Source of the DNA: Clostridiales bacterium DTU036
Lineage (GTDB): Bacteria > Bacillota > Clostridia > Peptostreptococcales > Acidaminobacteraceae
Length of the DNA: 53,702 nt
Direction: 5' to 3'
Assembly: GCA_001512625.1 (NCBI GenBank)
Contig: LFTD01000109.1
Span: 1 to 53,702 of the forward strand
Positions 30,216 to 40,046 of this stretch are shown in pieces; within the stretch, counting starts at the first letter, position 1, and every line of letters begins with the position of its first letter. The notes beneath the pieces were generated by a model, which saw nothing but the letters and a program-made list of their open reading frames with translations, did not search any database and was not told the DNA's origin. The position numbers and the translations under genes were made by a program.

Positions 30216-31393
30216 CTTTCCTCCAAGATGCCAATACCGGGTAGCTCCTTGCCCTCTAGTAATTCAAGACTAGCTCCACCTCCAGTTGAGATATGGCTCA
30301 TGGCATCATCAAGGCCCATCTCAGTAATAGCAGCAGCGCTATCACCACCACCAATAATTGTTATACCAGGGTTATCTGCAAGTGCCCTAGCAATGGCTCC
30401 TGTCCCCTTGGCATAATTACTCATCTCAAAAACTCCAACTGGCCCATTCCATACTATGGTTCTAGCTCTAGCAATAACTTCCTTGAAATTCTCTATACTC
30501 TTTGGCCCTATATCTAGACCCATGCTATCACTGGAAATATCCCTTCCTTCTGTATAAACTGGAGGCAGATCAGCAAACTCCTTAGCTACTGCAAAATCTA
30601 CAGGTAGATGGAAGGCAATGTTTTTCTCTTCAGCCATTTCCAAAATCTTCTTAGCGTAGTCTACCATATCATCTTCTACCAGTGAAGTTCCCACACTGTG
30701 ACCTAGGGCCTTCATAAAGGTATAGGCCATGGCTCCACCAACTACTATTTCATCAACCTTATCAAGAAGATTCTCAATTACCTTAATCTTATCAGACACC
30801 TTGGCTCCACCAAGAATAGCTAAAAAAGGTCTTTGAGGACTGTCCAGTGCCTCATAGAAATACTTAAGTTCCTTTTCAATAAGAAAACCTGATACCTTAA
30901 CAGGAAGAATCTCTGCCACCCCAACATTTGATGCGTGGGCTCTATGAGCTGTACCAAAGGCGTCATTTACAAAGATATCTGCTAGCGAGGCAAACTTCTC
31001 AGCCAGCTCTCTATCATTTTTTGTTTCACCAACATCGTAGCGGGTGTTTTCAAGAAGGATTACCTCTCCCTCCTTCATTCCATCCACTAACCTTCTCACC
31101 TCATCATCTACTACTTCAGGTGTGCTGTGAAAAATCACAGGGCTTTCCAGCCGCTCTGAAAGAAGCTTAGCCACTGGAGCCAAACTTAGCTCAGGGTCAG
31201 CCCCCTTTGGCTTACCTAAATGGGAAGCTAAAATAATCTTGGCTCCCTTTTCTCTAAGGTAATTAATAGTGGCCAAGGAAGAATCTACCCTTCTTGTGTC
31301 CCTTATAACCCCATTATTAAGTGGCACATTGAAGTCTACTCTAACAAAAACCTTCTTGCCTGCTAGCTCAACATCTCTTATAGTTTTTTTCAT
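30212..31393 (-). CDS. pgk: phosphoglycerate kinase
   Basis: 393 aa with VRVDFNVP, AHRAHAS and GGGDSAAA. Confidence 0.97.
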   Translation of the reverse strand: MKKTIRDVELAGKKVFVRVDFNVPLNNGVIRDTRRVDSSLATINYLREKGAKIILASHLGKPKGADPELSLAPVAKLLSERLESPVIFHSTPEVVDDEVRRLVDGMKEGEVILLENTRYDVGETKNDRELAEKFASLADIFVNDAFGTAHRAHASNVGVAEILPVKVSGFLIEKELKYFYEALDSPQRPFLAILGGAKVSDKIKVIENLLDKVDEIVVGGAMAYTFMKALGHSVGTSLVEDDMVDYAKKILEMAEEKNIAFHLPVDFAVAKEFADLPPVYTEGRDISSDSMGLDIGPKSIENFKEVIARARTIVWNGPVGVFEMSNYAKGTGAIARALADNPGITIIGGGDSAAAITEMGLDDAMSHISTGGGASLELLEGKELPGIGILEER

Positions 31394-31403
31394 AAATCCT
31401 CCT

Positions 31404-31427
31404 AAAAAATCCCGACCTTAGTCGGGA
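31404..31427 (-). terminator. hairpin plus T-tract between gap and pgk (partial terminator or processing site)
   Basis: The minus strand reads TCCCGAC-TAAG-GTCGGGA followed by TTTTTT. Confidence 0.55.
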
Positions 31428-31432
31428 CTTCT

Positions 31433-32437
31433 TTATGCCTTGTCTACCATATACTCGCAAAGGTCTACAACGCGCTTGGCATAGCCCCACTCATTGTCAT
31501 ACCAAGTCAAGATTTTTGCCATCTTATCACCTAGTACATCGGTGGATAGACCATCTACTATCGAAGAGCGCTCATCGGCTTTATAGTCACTGGATACTAG
31601 AGGTTCTTCGCTAAAGCCTAAAATTCCCTTAAGTTCTCCCTCGCTGGCTTCTTTTAGGGCAGCGTTTATACTCTCAACACTAACTGGTTTTTTAGTAGTA
31701 ATAACCAGGTCAACCAGTGAAACAGTTGGTGTGGGTACCCTGACGCTAATTCCTGAAAACTTACCCTTTAACTGGGGTAGGACTAGGGCTACTGCCTGGG
31801 CAGCACCTGTTGTTGTGGGAATCATGTTGAGGGCTGCAGCTCTAGCTCTTCTTGGGTCAGAGTGCTTGCTATCAACCAGTACCTGGTCATTAGTATAGGC
31901 GTGGATTGTAGTCATAAGTCCTAGCTCAATTCCAAACTCTCTATCAAGTACCTTGGCTACAGGGGCAAGACAGTTGGTTGTACAAGAGGCATTGGAGATA
32001 ATGTTGTGTTTGTCAGGATCATAATCCTGCTCATTAACACCCATAACTATAGTAATATCATCTCCTTTAGCAGGGGCAGTAATAAGAATTTTCTTGGCTC
32101 CCTGGTCTAGGTGAATCTGAGCAGTTTCCTTAGTTCTGTATCTGCCAGTACTATCAATTAGGATATCAATGTCATGCTCTTTCCAGGGCAGATTGTTCTC
32201 ATCCCTCTGATTTCTTACTTCTATCTTTTCTCCATTTACATAAACGCAGTCTTCTCCCTTTTCTACAGTTCCGGGATAAACTCCATAAACTGAGTCATAC
32301 TTAAGTGAAGAGTAGATTCTTTGAACGTCCCCCCCATTAATAAGAGCCAGTTCAAACTTTTTTTCCTCCTGAGAAGCCCAAATGCGAACTACCGCCTGTC
32401 CAATCCTACCAAAACCATTAATCGCAACTCTTTTCAT
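31433..32437 (-). CDS. gap: glyceraldehyde-3-phosphate dehydrogenase
   Basis: 334 aa with INGFGRIG, SNASCTTNCLAP and WYDNEWGY. Confidence 0.97.
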   Translation of the reverse strand: MKRVAINGFGRIGQAVVRIWASQEEKKFELALINGGDVQRIYSSLKYDSVYGVYPGTVEKGEDCVYVNGEKIEVRNQRDENNLPWKEHDIDILIDSTGRYRTKETAQIHLDQGAKKILITAPAKGDDITIVMGVNEQDYDPDKHNIISNASCTTNCLAPVAKVLDREFGIELGLMTTIHAYTNDQVLVDSKHSDPRRARAAALNMIPTTTGAAQAVALVLPQLKGKFSGISVRVPTPTVSLVDLVITTKKPVSVESINAALKEASEGELKGILGFSEEPLVSSDYKADERSSIVDGLSTDVLGDKMAKILTWYDNEWGYAKRVVDLCEYMVDKA

Positions 32438-32531
32438 CTTTTATCCTTTCTTAAATATCCCTTGGCTTTTAAGCCCTTTTTCTTTTTATTTACTATAGGC
32501 TATGATACCCATCTTAACACTCATTAATAAT

Positions 32532-33815
32532 TTAAAAATTTTTTCTAAATACAGAGGAGAGAATCCCTATTTCCTCCCTATACTTAGCAACTGTTCTTCT
32601 GGCTACCTTAATACCCTTCTTGGCAACTTCCCTAGAAAGAGCCTCATCACTTAAAGGACTAGATTTATCCTCATTTAGGACTAGGTCTTCAATCAGGCTC
32701 TTGACATAAAGAGAACTGACTAGTCTTCCGTCTGCTCCTTCTAAAGCGCTGGGGAAAAAGTAGCTTAATGAGTAAAGCTGGTTTTCAAATAATAAAAACT
32801 TCCCATTGATTGCACGGGATATTGTGGATTCGTGGCAACCCATTTTTTCGGATATATCTAATAGATTAAGAGGTGCCATGCCCTTGTCTCCATGAAAGAA
32901 AAACTCCCTTTGAATTTCTAATATGAGCTCCATGACCCCACTTATAGTCCTTCGTCTTTGGGCCAGGGCTTCAAGTAATAGGTTAGCCCTCTTAGTCTTA
33001 TCAGAAATATAAATCCTACTTCTATCATCCAGCTCATCTAAACTAAGACTAGAATAGTAGGGGCTAAGATAAACATCTGGATAAACTCCCTCATTAAGAT
33101 CAAAACTCAGTATATCATCTATCTTTTCCACCCTTATATCTGCAATCTGGCCATGGGGGCCATCATCCTTATGAAAGGCAAGTCCTGGTTTTGGGTCCAG
33201 GCTTTGGATCAGCCTTATGGCTTCCTCTATCTCTTCCATAGTAGAGCCGTATTTTTTAGCCAATTTATCCAGTCTATGGGCAGCCACATCCTCTAAATCA
33301 TCTGTAACTATATCTAGGGCAATGGAGGTATCGTGGCCCTGGTTTCTTAACTGGAGTATAAGGCACTCACTTAAATTTCTGGCCCCAACCCCCGCCGGAC
33401 TAAAGTGCTGCAGATACCAGATGGCCTTGTCCAACTCTTCTTTATTATAATTATGAAAATAAACGTCTTTAATAAATTCCTCTACAAGATAACCCTGTCT
33501 GTTAACATACTCAACCAGCCTTCTTAGAAGCCTATCCTCCCTATCTTCTAGCTCCAAATAGCTAAGCTGATCTATTAGATGCTCTTTAAGACTCAGTTTA
33601 TCCTCAAGCCTATCCCAAGGGGCATAGCTGCTAAAGTTCCTACTAGGACCAGAGCCCTCTCTTACCTCAAGAATGGGATTTTCTAGGAGTTCTTTTTCTA
33701 TCCTTTCCTTTAGTTCTAGAGAGTTGTCCTGGAGAATATCCAGGCTCAGTTTAAGAGCTGGCGTTAACACCAGCTCCTGTTTTTGTTCTAGGACTAAATT
33801 CATATCAAGCTTCAT
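32532..33815 (-). CDS. rpoN: RNA polymerase sigma-54 factor
   Basis: 427 aa with N-terminal region I (LEQKQELVLTPALKLSLDIL), an HTH and the C-terminal RpoN box ARRTVAKYRE. Confidence 0.85.
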   Translation of the reverse strand: MKLDMNLVLEQKQELVLTPALKLSLDILQDNSLELKERIEKELLENPILEVREGSGPSRNFSSYAPWDRLEDKLSLKEHLIDQLSYLELEDREDRLLRRLVEYVNRQGYLVEEFIKDVYFHNYNKEELDKAIWYLQHFSPAGVGARNLSECLILQLRNQGHDTSIALDIVTDDLEDVAAHRLDKLAKKYGSTMEEIEEAIRLIQSLDPKPGLAFHKDDGPHGQIADIRVEKIDDILSFDLNEGVYPDVYLSPYYSSLSLDELDDRSRIYISDKTKRANLLLEALAQRRRTISGVMELILEIQREFFFHGDKGMAPLNLLDISEKMGCHESTISRAINGKFLLFENQLYSLSYFFPSALEGADGRLVSSLYVKSLIEDLVLNEDKSSPLSDEALSREVAKKGIKVARRTVAKYREEIGILSSVFRKNF

Positions 33816-33823
33816 AAATCCAC

Positions 33824-34774
33824 CTAACGTTTGGATACATCATAGAGCTCTCCAGAGGCCTTGGGCCCAACGTTTTTCCTTGAAAAAATTAACATAGCAA
33901 TAATAGTTAACACGTAGGGAACAGCCTTAAAAATCTCAGCCGGAACTGAGGCCAGCAAGGGGATATCTTTACTAAAAATTGTAAATATTTGCGAAAATCC
34001 AAAGAAGATTGAAGCTCCTAGTACGCCATAGGCATTCCAGCGACCAAAGATAAGGGCAGCTAGAGAGATAAAGCCAATCCCATGAATAGACCCTGCAGTA
34101 AACTGGGTAGCCTGGGTTAGGACCATAATCCCTCCCGAAAGCCCAGCCAATAGCCCTGAAATAAGAACTCCTATATAGCGCATCTTCCTAACGCTAACTC
34201 CTACACTATCAACTGCTGAAGGGTGCTCTCCCGAGGCTCTAAGCCTTAACCCAAACCTGGTCCTCTTTAGAATAAAAGCTGTAATAATAACCAGGGCAAG
34301 AGCCACATAGAAGGTATAGTACATTCTCTTGAAAAAAAGGTCTCCAATTATTGGAATATCAGATAGTAGAGGTACATTGGTTTTTACAAAGCCTCTGTTA
34401 AAGGTCTTGGTCCTCTGCTGGTTAAAAAAAATCTGGCAAAAATAGACGGTAATTCCCAAAGATAGCATGTTAAGGGCCGTACCGCTAATAACCTGGTCGG
34501 CTCTTAGATCAATTGATACAAAGGCATGAATAAGACTGTAGAGTCCCCCTGCCAAAGCCCCAAGTAGAATAGCTATCCAAGGAGTCCAGTTTCCAAAGAC
34601 GGCTTCATTTAGGGGAGTAAAGGTGGCAGCCACAAAGGCCCCCACAACCATGATCCCTTCTAGGGCAATATTTACAATTCCACTTCTTTCGCTATATAGT
34701 CCACCCAAAGCTGTAATAATGATTGGAGTGGCATAGATAAGGGAAAGGGTAACAATAGAGCTAATTAGTTTCAT
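33824..34774 (-). CDS. nucleoside (BMP-family) ABC transporter permease
   Basis: 316-aa polytopic protein. It belongs to the BMP lipoprotein / double-ATPase / two-permease unit. Confidence 0.85.
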   Translation of the reverse strand: MKLISSIVTLSLIYATPIIITALGGLYSERSGIVNIALEGIMVVGAFVAATFTPLNEAVFGNWTPWIAILLGALAGGLYSLIHAFVSIDLRADQVISGTALNMLSLGITVYFCQIFFNQQRTKTFNRGFVKTNVPLLSDIPIIGDLFFKRMYYTFYVALALVIITAFILKRTRFGLRLRASGEHPSAVDSVGVSVRKMRYIGVLISGLLAGLSGGIMVLTQATQFTAGSIHGIGFISLAALIFGRWNAYGVLGASIFFGFSQIFTIFSKDIPLLASVPAEIFKAVPYVLTIIAMLIFSRKNVGPKASGELYDVSKR

Positions 34775-35855
34775 TTTTTTTCCTCTTTCTTGCTTCCAAC
34801 CTGTCTAGGACATAGTCAAGTCCATTGTTCATAGCTACAAATAGTATTATCAGTGCAGATACAATATTGGCTATTTCTAGGGGGATACCCGAGGCCTGCA
34901 TTAGAGATTGGGAACTCTTAAGCCCGCCAAAGAGCAGACCACTAAAAAAGACTCCCAGGGCTGTATTGCCTCCAAGTAGGGCTACGGCTATACCATCAAA
35001 ACCGTAGTTCTCAAAGGCTCCAATAACCCTTCCATAGTCAAAGGTCCCAAGAGAGAGCATGGCTCCTGCTAGACCTGCAAAGGCTCCGGCTATGGCCATT
35101 GAGTAGGCGATTCTACTAGAAACTTTAATACCGCCATACTCCGCCGCATCCCTATTAAAACCAACAGCCCTTAGTTCATAACCAAAGGTGGTCTTTTCAA
35201 TAATAAAGTGATAAATAATTAGTGCCAAGATTACAACTATGAAACCCCAGTGAAGCCTGGAATTGCCAGTGATGGACCTAAGAAAATCACTCTGCAAAAG
35301 AGCAGAAGATGCCAAGGTAACAGTCTTTTGATTGTCCGAACCTGGCAGGGCTTTTATTAAATAGTTTCCTAAATAAAGCGCCGTGTAGTTTAGCATAATG
35401 GTGACCACCACCTCACTAACGCCAAACTTGGCTTTGAGGATTCCAGGTATCCAGCCCCAAAAGGCTCCAAAGAGGGCCGCCACAAGTATGGCTAGCGGAA
35501 TATGGATAATCCAAGGAAGTTTAAACAAAACTCCAATTATTACTGCTCCAACCCCACCTATTATTACCTGGCCTTCAGCCCCTATGTTAAAGAGGCCTGT
35601 CCTAAAGGCAAAGCCCACTGAAAGACCAGTAAGCATAATAGGTAGGCTAATTTGAATAAATTCTCCCAAATATCTAGCATTAAAAAAGTTTTCTTTACCT
35701 ATGGCCTGGAGATTTACTCCTGTCATGGTGCGAAATAGGGAGAGAAAGAAAATTTTGGGATTAATTCCCGACAAAAGCATTACTATACTGGCTACCACAA
35801 AGGATATGGCTATGGCAATCAGACTCAGCGTCAGGTGGTTCCTTTTCTTAAGCAA
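34761..35855 (-). CDS. nucleoside (BMP-family) ABC transporter permease
   Basis: 364-aa polytopic protein that overlaps both neighbouring genes. Confidence 0.85.
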   Translation of the reverse strand: MLKKRNHLTLSLIAIAISFVVASIVMLLSGINPKIFFLSLFRTMTGVNLQAIGKENFFNARYLGEFIQISLPIMLTGLSVGFAFRTGLFNIGAEGQVIIGGVGAVIIGVLFKLPWIIHIPLAILVAALFGAFWGWIPGILKAKFGVSEVVVTIMLNYTALYLGNYLIKALPGSDNQKTVTLASSALLQSDFLRSITGNSRLHWGFIVVILALIIYHFIIEKTTFGYELRAVGFNRDAAEYGGIKVSSRIAYSMAIAGAFAGLAGAMLSLGTFDYGRVIGAFENYGFDGIAVALLGGNTALGVFFSGLLFGGLKSSQSLMQASGIPLEIANIVSALIILFVAMNNGLDYVLDRLEARKRKKNETN

Positions 35856-37371
35856 GGTCTACCTCCTTTGATCCACTCATCATTAGACCAAGTTCTTGAA
35901 CAGTGGTCTTTTCAGGGATAACATTTCCAGTTATCTTACCCTGGTAGATAACATTAATCCTATCACTAACATTCATGATTTCATCCAGTTCAAAGCTTAC
36001 CAGTAAAACGGCTTTACCCTGGTCTCTAAGTTCAACCAGTCTTTTGTGGACATACTCAATTGCTCCAACATCCAGGCCTCTAGAGGGCTGGGAAGCTACC
36101 ATAACTAGAGGTTTTAGGTCCATTTCTCTACCTATTATAGCCTTTTGCTGGTTACCTCCGCTCATGTTACGAACAATGGTATCAATACCCTCAGAGCTCC
36201 TAACATCATACTCTTCAATTATTGAGTTGCCTTTTTTATTTATTTCTTCTTGGTTGAGAATATGCCCCTTACTCAAAGGCTCCTTCTCATAGCTTTTAAG
36301 GATAATATTTTCATCCAACCTAAAATCCATTATAAGAGCCCTTTTTTGCCTATCTTCTGGAACATAGGCAATACCCTTATTGATACGGCTTTTTATCCTT
36401 TCATTTACAATTGACTGGCCCTGGAGGAGGATTTCTCCCTTTTCTATAGGAACAAGGCCTGTTATGGCTTCTACCAGCTCCTGCTGACCATTGCCATCAA
36501 CTCCAGCAATTCCCAGAATCTCCCCTTCTCTAAGGTAGAGGCTTAGCCCCTGTAAAGCATCAAGGCCCCTCTGGTCTTTAACCCAAAGGTCCTTAATTTC
36601 TAATACCTTTTCCCCAGGGTTGGCAGGCTTCTTATCTACCTTGAAGTTGACCTCCCTACCCACCATCATTGAGGCCATTTCTGCCTCGGTAGTATCAGCC
36701 ACATTTACAGTGCCTATGTACTTACCCTGGCGAAGAACACTAACCCTATCTGCAGCTGCCAGGATTTCTTTAAGCTTATGAGTAATCAAAATAACACTCT
36801 TGCCCTCGGCAGCGAAGTTTTTCATTATTTCAACCAGTTCTTCTATTTCTTGGGGAGTTAAAACTGCTGTGGGTTCATCTAGTATTATTATATCTGCCTT
36901 TCTATAAAGAACCTTGAGGATTTCTACCCTCTGCTGCATACCAACACTGATGTCCTCTATTTTGGCGTCAGGATCTACTCCCAGACCATACTGCGTAGAT
37001 AGAGCAATAACCTCTTTTCTAGCCTTATCATAATCGACAAGAAATCCCCCTGGCTCGTCTCCCAGGATAATATTTTCGACAACTGTAAAGTTATCTATCA
37101 GCTGAAAATGCTGATGGACCATACCTATGCCCAGCTCGTGGGCAATGTTTGGTGACTTAATATCTACCTTCTCACCTCTGACATAGATTTCCCCCTTTTC
37201 AGGTTGATAAAAGCCAAACAGCACTGACATCAGCGTAGACTTACCAGCTCCATTTTCACCCAAAAGGGCGTGAATTTCACCCTTCTTAAGCTGGAGAGTT
37301 ACATCATCATTGGCTATAATTCCGGGAAAAACCTTGGTAATATTTCGCATTTCTACAACATAGTTATCCAT
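35848..37371 (-). CDS. nucleoside/sugar-type ABC transporter ATP-binding protein (tandem ATPase domains)
   Basis: Walker A GENGAGKST, a second degenerate NBD and the signature SGGNQQK. ATG 37371 (MDNYVVEMRNI) is preferred, because a G-rich SD lies 5 nt upstream and a promoter overlaps the longer start. Confidence 0.9.
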   Translation of the reverse strand: MDNYVVEMRNITKVFPGIIANDDVTLQLKKGEIHALLGENGAGKSTLMSVLFGFYQPEKGEIYVRGEKVDIKSPNIAHELGIGMVHQHFQLIDNFTVVENIILGDEPGGFLVDYDKARKEVIALSTQYGLGVDPDAKIEDISVGMQQRVEILKVLYRKADIIILDEPTAVLTPQEIEELVEIMKNFAAEGKSVILITHKLKEILAAADRVSVLRQGKYIGTVNVADTTEAEMASMMVGREVNFKVDKKPANPGEKVLEIKDLWVKDQRGLDALQGLSLYLREGEILGIAGVDGNGQQELVEAITGLVPIEKGEILLQGQSIVNERIKSRINKGIAYVPEDRQKRALIMDFRLDENIILKSYEKEPLSKGHILNQEEINKKGNSIIEEYDVRSSEGIDTIVRNMSGGNQQKAIIGREMDLKPLVMVASQPSRGLDVGAIEYVHKRLVELRDQGKAVLLVSFELDEIMNVSDRINVIYQGKITGNVIPEKTTVQELGLMMSGSKEVDLA

Positions 37372-37399
37372 TAGCACCCCCCCTGTAATCATTACTACA

Positions 37400-37429
37400 A
37401 TTATAGCATGTTTAGCAGCTTCTTGTTAA
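37400..37429 (-). promoter_or_regulatory. putative internal promoter for the ATPase/permease genes
   Basis: Minus strand: TTAACA (37424-37429), 18-nt spacer, TGCTATAAT (37400-37408). Confidence 0.45.
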
Positions 37430-37448
37430 TGCTACCATTTAAATCCAA

Positions 37449-37472
37449 CAAAAAAAGCCCCAAAAAGGGGCT
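37449..37472 (-). terminator. rho-independent terminator after the BMP lipoprotein gene
   Basis: The minus strand reads AGCCCC-TTTTT-GGGGCT followed by TTTTTTT. Confidence 0.65.
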
Positions 37473-37482
37473 TAAACTAAGA

Positions 37483-38589
37483 TTATTTAACTCTTGAAGG
37501 AACGGGATCAACTACAGTTTCTCCAGATTTAATCTTGTCAGCAAACTCATTAATAGTCTTAGTCCATTCTTCGGTTAGGTTGGGATTATCTGCGGGAATA
37601 CCAACACCATTGGCTTTAAGGTCGTAAATTACTGTTCCACCTTCAAATTTGCCCTGGGCTGTTAGTTTACACACATCATAGGCAGCCTGGTCAACGCCTT
37701 TAAGCATGGAGGTTAGAATAACTGACTTATTACCTTCATAAACTCCCTCGCTATATTGGTCTTTATCAACTCCAATTACCCAAACATCTTCACCGTTTTG
37801 AACTCTGTCCTTGGCTTCTTTAATAACGCCATTACCTGAACCACCTGCTGCGTGGTAGATTACATAAACTCCAGCATCATACATTTTAGCAGCTAGGGTT
37901 TGTCCATCTTCAGCGTTGTTAAAGTCACCAACATAGTCTACAACTATCTTCATATCAGGGTCAACCGCTAGAACGCCTTGCTCAAAGCCGGCTTCAAATT
38001 TTTGAATGGTATCAAAGTCCATACCACCAACAAAACCTACTGTATCCTTGCCAGCATCCTGGGCCTTAAGAGCAGCAGCCACACCTACCAGATAGGAACC
38101 TTCGTGCTCTGCAAAAAGGGCGTTAAGAATATTTGGAGCATCAACTACAGCGTCTAAGAAAAGGATCTTTTGATCAGGAAAGTCAGCTGAGATTTTTTTC
38201 AGTGATTCTTCAAATAGAAAACCAGGAGCTACAAGTAAATCCTTCTTGTCTTCAGAAAACTGGCTCAAGTGAGGAATATAGTCAGCATCTGATGTACTTT
38301 GCAGATAACCTATGTTACTGGCTGGTAAATCAAACTTCTTAGCATAAAACTGAATACCTTCCCAGGTTCCTTGGTTAAATGACTTGTCATCAATTCCACC
38401 TACGTCGGTTACTAAACCTATTGTTATCTCCTCTAGTGAATCCTTATCTACCTCTTCATTATCAATGATGGTTTCACTTTGTGGACCCTCAGCTTCGGGC
38501 TTGTCCTCTTCTTTAGCTCCCTCACCACCGCAAGCAATGAGTGATAAGCTCAGTAGTAGGACCAAGGCCAGTGTTAGAAACTTTTTCAT
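37483..38589 (-). CDS. BMP-family (basic membrane protein/PnrA-like) nucleoside-binding lipoprotein
   Basis: 368 aa with lipobox LIAC, an acidic linker, and a body containing GLVTDVGGIDDKSFNQ, typical of the Bmp/Med/PnrA family. Confidence 0.85.
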   Translation of the reverse strand: MKKFLTLALVLLLSLSLIACGGEGAKEEDKPEAEGPQSETIIDNEEVDKDSLEEITIGLVTDVGGIDDKSFNQGTWEGIQFYAKKFDLPASNIGYLQSTSDADYIPHLSQFSEDKKDLLVAPGFLFEESLKKISADFPDQKILFLDAVVDAPNILNALFAEHEGSYLVGVAAALKAQDAGKDTVGFVGGMDFDTIQKFEAGFEQGVLAVDPDMKIVVDYVGDFNNAEDGQTLAAKMYDAGVYVIYHAAGGSGNGVIKEAKDRVQNGEDVWVIGVDKDQYSEGVYEGNKSVILTSMLKGVDQAAYDVCKLTAQGKFEGGTVIYDLKANGVGIPADNPNLTEEWTKTINEFADKIKSGETVVDPVPSRVK

Positions 38590-38607
38590 GGATACCTCCT
38601 ATCCTTC

Positions 38608-38621
38608 AAAACAATTGTTTT
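38608..38621. promoter_or_regulatory. perfect 14-bp palindrome AAAACAATTGTTTT upstream of the BMP lipoprotein gene (candidate operator)
   Basis: It lies 9 nt upstream of the GGAGG RBS (38594-38598). Confidence 0.3.
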
Positions 38622-38655
38622 CCATCGGTATATATTTTACCCATATTATTATGGG

Positions 38656-39114
38656 TTATGCAAAATCCTTTTGGCGCCAGGCCTCATAAATTACAATAGC
38701 CGCAGCATTTGATAAATTAAGTGACCTAAGGCCAGCCCCTTCTCTCATAGGAATCCTAAGCCTTCTATCAGGGTAGGCTTCATGGAGTTCCTGAGGAAGA
38801 CCAGCGGTCTCCTTACCCAATAAAAAGAAAACATCGCCACTAAAGTCTTCTTCATATATAGTCTTTTCAGCCTTGGTAGTAATCAGGTAAATATCTCTTT
38901 CACCATACTCTTCTAAGAAAAGCTCCAAGCTATCATGAACAACTAGATCCAGCTTGTCCCAGTAGTCCAGCCCAGCCCTCTTGAGCTTTTTTTCCTCCAG
39001 GGAAAATCCCAGGGGCCTAACAAGGTGGAGCCTGGCGCCGCTAAGAGCACAGCTCCTGGCTATATTTCCAGTATTTTGGGGAATCTCCGGCTCTACTAAA
39101 ACCAGGTTAATCAT
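38656..39114 (-). CDS. trmL: tRNA (cytidine/uridine-34 2'-O)-methyltransferase, SpoU/TrmL family
   Basis: 152 aa. LVEPEIPQNTGNIARSC and the C-terminal SLNLSNAAAIVIYE are typical of TrmL/YibK. Confidence 0.85.
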   Translation of the reverse strand: MINLVLVEPEIPQNTGNIARSCALSGARLHLVRPLGFSLEEKKLKRAGLDYWDKLDLVVHDSLELFLEEYGERDIYLITTKAEKTIYEEDFSGDVFFLLGKETAGLPQELHEAYPDRRLRIPMREGAGLRSLNLSNAAAIVIYEAWRQKDFA

Positions 39115-39419
39115 AGCTTCTTAACCTTGTCTCCAGACACATAAAGAAGAAGGGTTCCAGCATAAAGAACCTCAAAAGTAAAACTGGCATTAAAAAGACC
39201 ATCCAGCTCCTCTTCTTCTAAGTCCCTTAGAATTCTCTCATAAAGTTTTTTATACTGTTTCTCCACCATCTCCTCATACTCCTCTATGTTACCAGTCCTA
39301 AAGGTCTTGGTAAGCACAGACAAATCACTTTGTAAAGAAGAAGTAAAGACAGCAGAAATAAAGTACAGACCTCTATGCTCATAGTCACTTGGATTAAAGG
39401 GGTTTTTACTAATAATCAC
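39111..39419 (-). CDS. hypothetical protein
   Basis: 102-aa ORF with 4-nt overlaps on both sides (nth upstream, trmL downstream). No recognisable motif. Confidence 0.5.
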   Translation of the reverse strand: MIISKNPFNPSDYEHRGLYFISAVFTSSLQSDLSVLTKTFRTGNIEEYEEMVEKQYKKLYERILRDLEEEELDGLFNASFTFEVLYAGTLLLYVSGDKVKKL

Positions 39420-40045
39420 TTGTCTACTCCTATTTTAGGACAAATATCCCTTATCCCACAGTCCTGACACTGGGGATTTCTTGCCTTACATACATAGCGA
39501 CCATGGAGAATAAGTCTATGGTGCATAACAGTCCAAAGCTCCTTGTCCAGCTTCTTTTGGAGCTGGAGCTCTACCTTTAAAGGATCCTTGCCCTTGGCTA
39601 GACCAATCCTATTGGATACTCTAAGAACATGTGTATCCACTGCTATAGCAGGCTCATTAAAGGCCACGCTGACAACTACATTAGCCGTTTTCCTACCAAC
39701 TCCAGGTAGCTTCATAAGGGCCTCCCGGGTTCTGGGTATCTTGCCATCATAGTCTTCAACCAGTATCTGGCTAGTCCTATAAATGTTTTTTGCCTTTTGA
39801 TTGAACATGCCGCAGGTACGAATAAGTTCCTTAATTCCCTCTTCACCTAGATCCACCATAGCCTGGGCACTGGGAGCTACTTTAAAAAGTTCCTCGGTTA
39901 TTATGTTAACCCTGATATCGGTGCACTGGGCAGAAAGAATTACTGCAATAAGGAGCTCATACTCATTATCAAAGTTTAGCTCAGCCCGGGCCTGAGGATA
40001 GAGTTCTCCTAGGCCCTGGACTAAAGCACTTGCTTTTTTTGTCAA
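39416..40045 (-). CDS. nth: endonuclease III
   Basis: 209 aa with HhH-GPD (LPGVGRKTANVV), catalytic D in VDTHV and the C-terminal C-x6-C-x2-C-x5-C cluster. Confidence 0.92.
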   Translation of the reverse strand: MTKKASALVQGLGELYPQARAELNFDNEYELLIAVILSAQCTDIRVNIITEELFKVAPSAQAMVDLGEEGIKELIRTCGMFNQKAKNIYRTSQILVEDYDGKIPRTREALMKLPGVGRKTANVVVSVAFNEPAIAVDTHVLRVSNRIGLAKGKDPLKVELQLQKKLDKELWTVMHHRLILHGRYVCKARNPQCQDCGIRDICPKIGVDK

Positions 40046-40046
40046 T

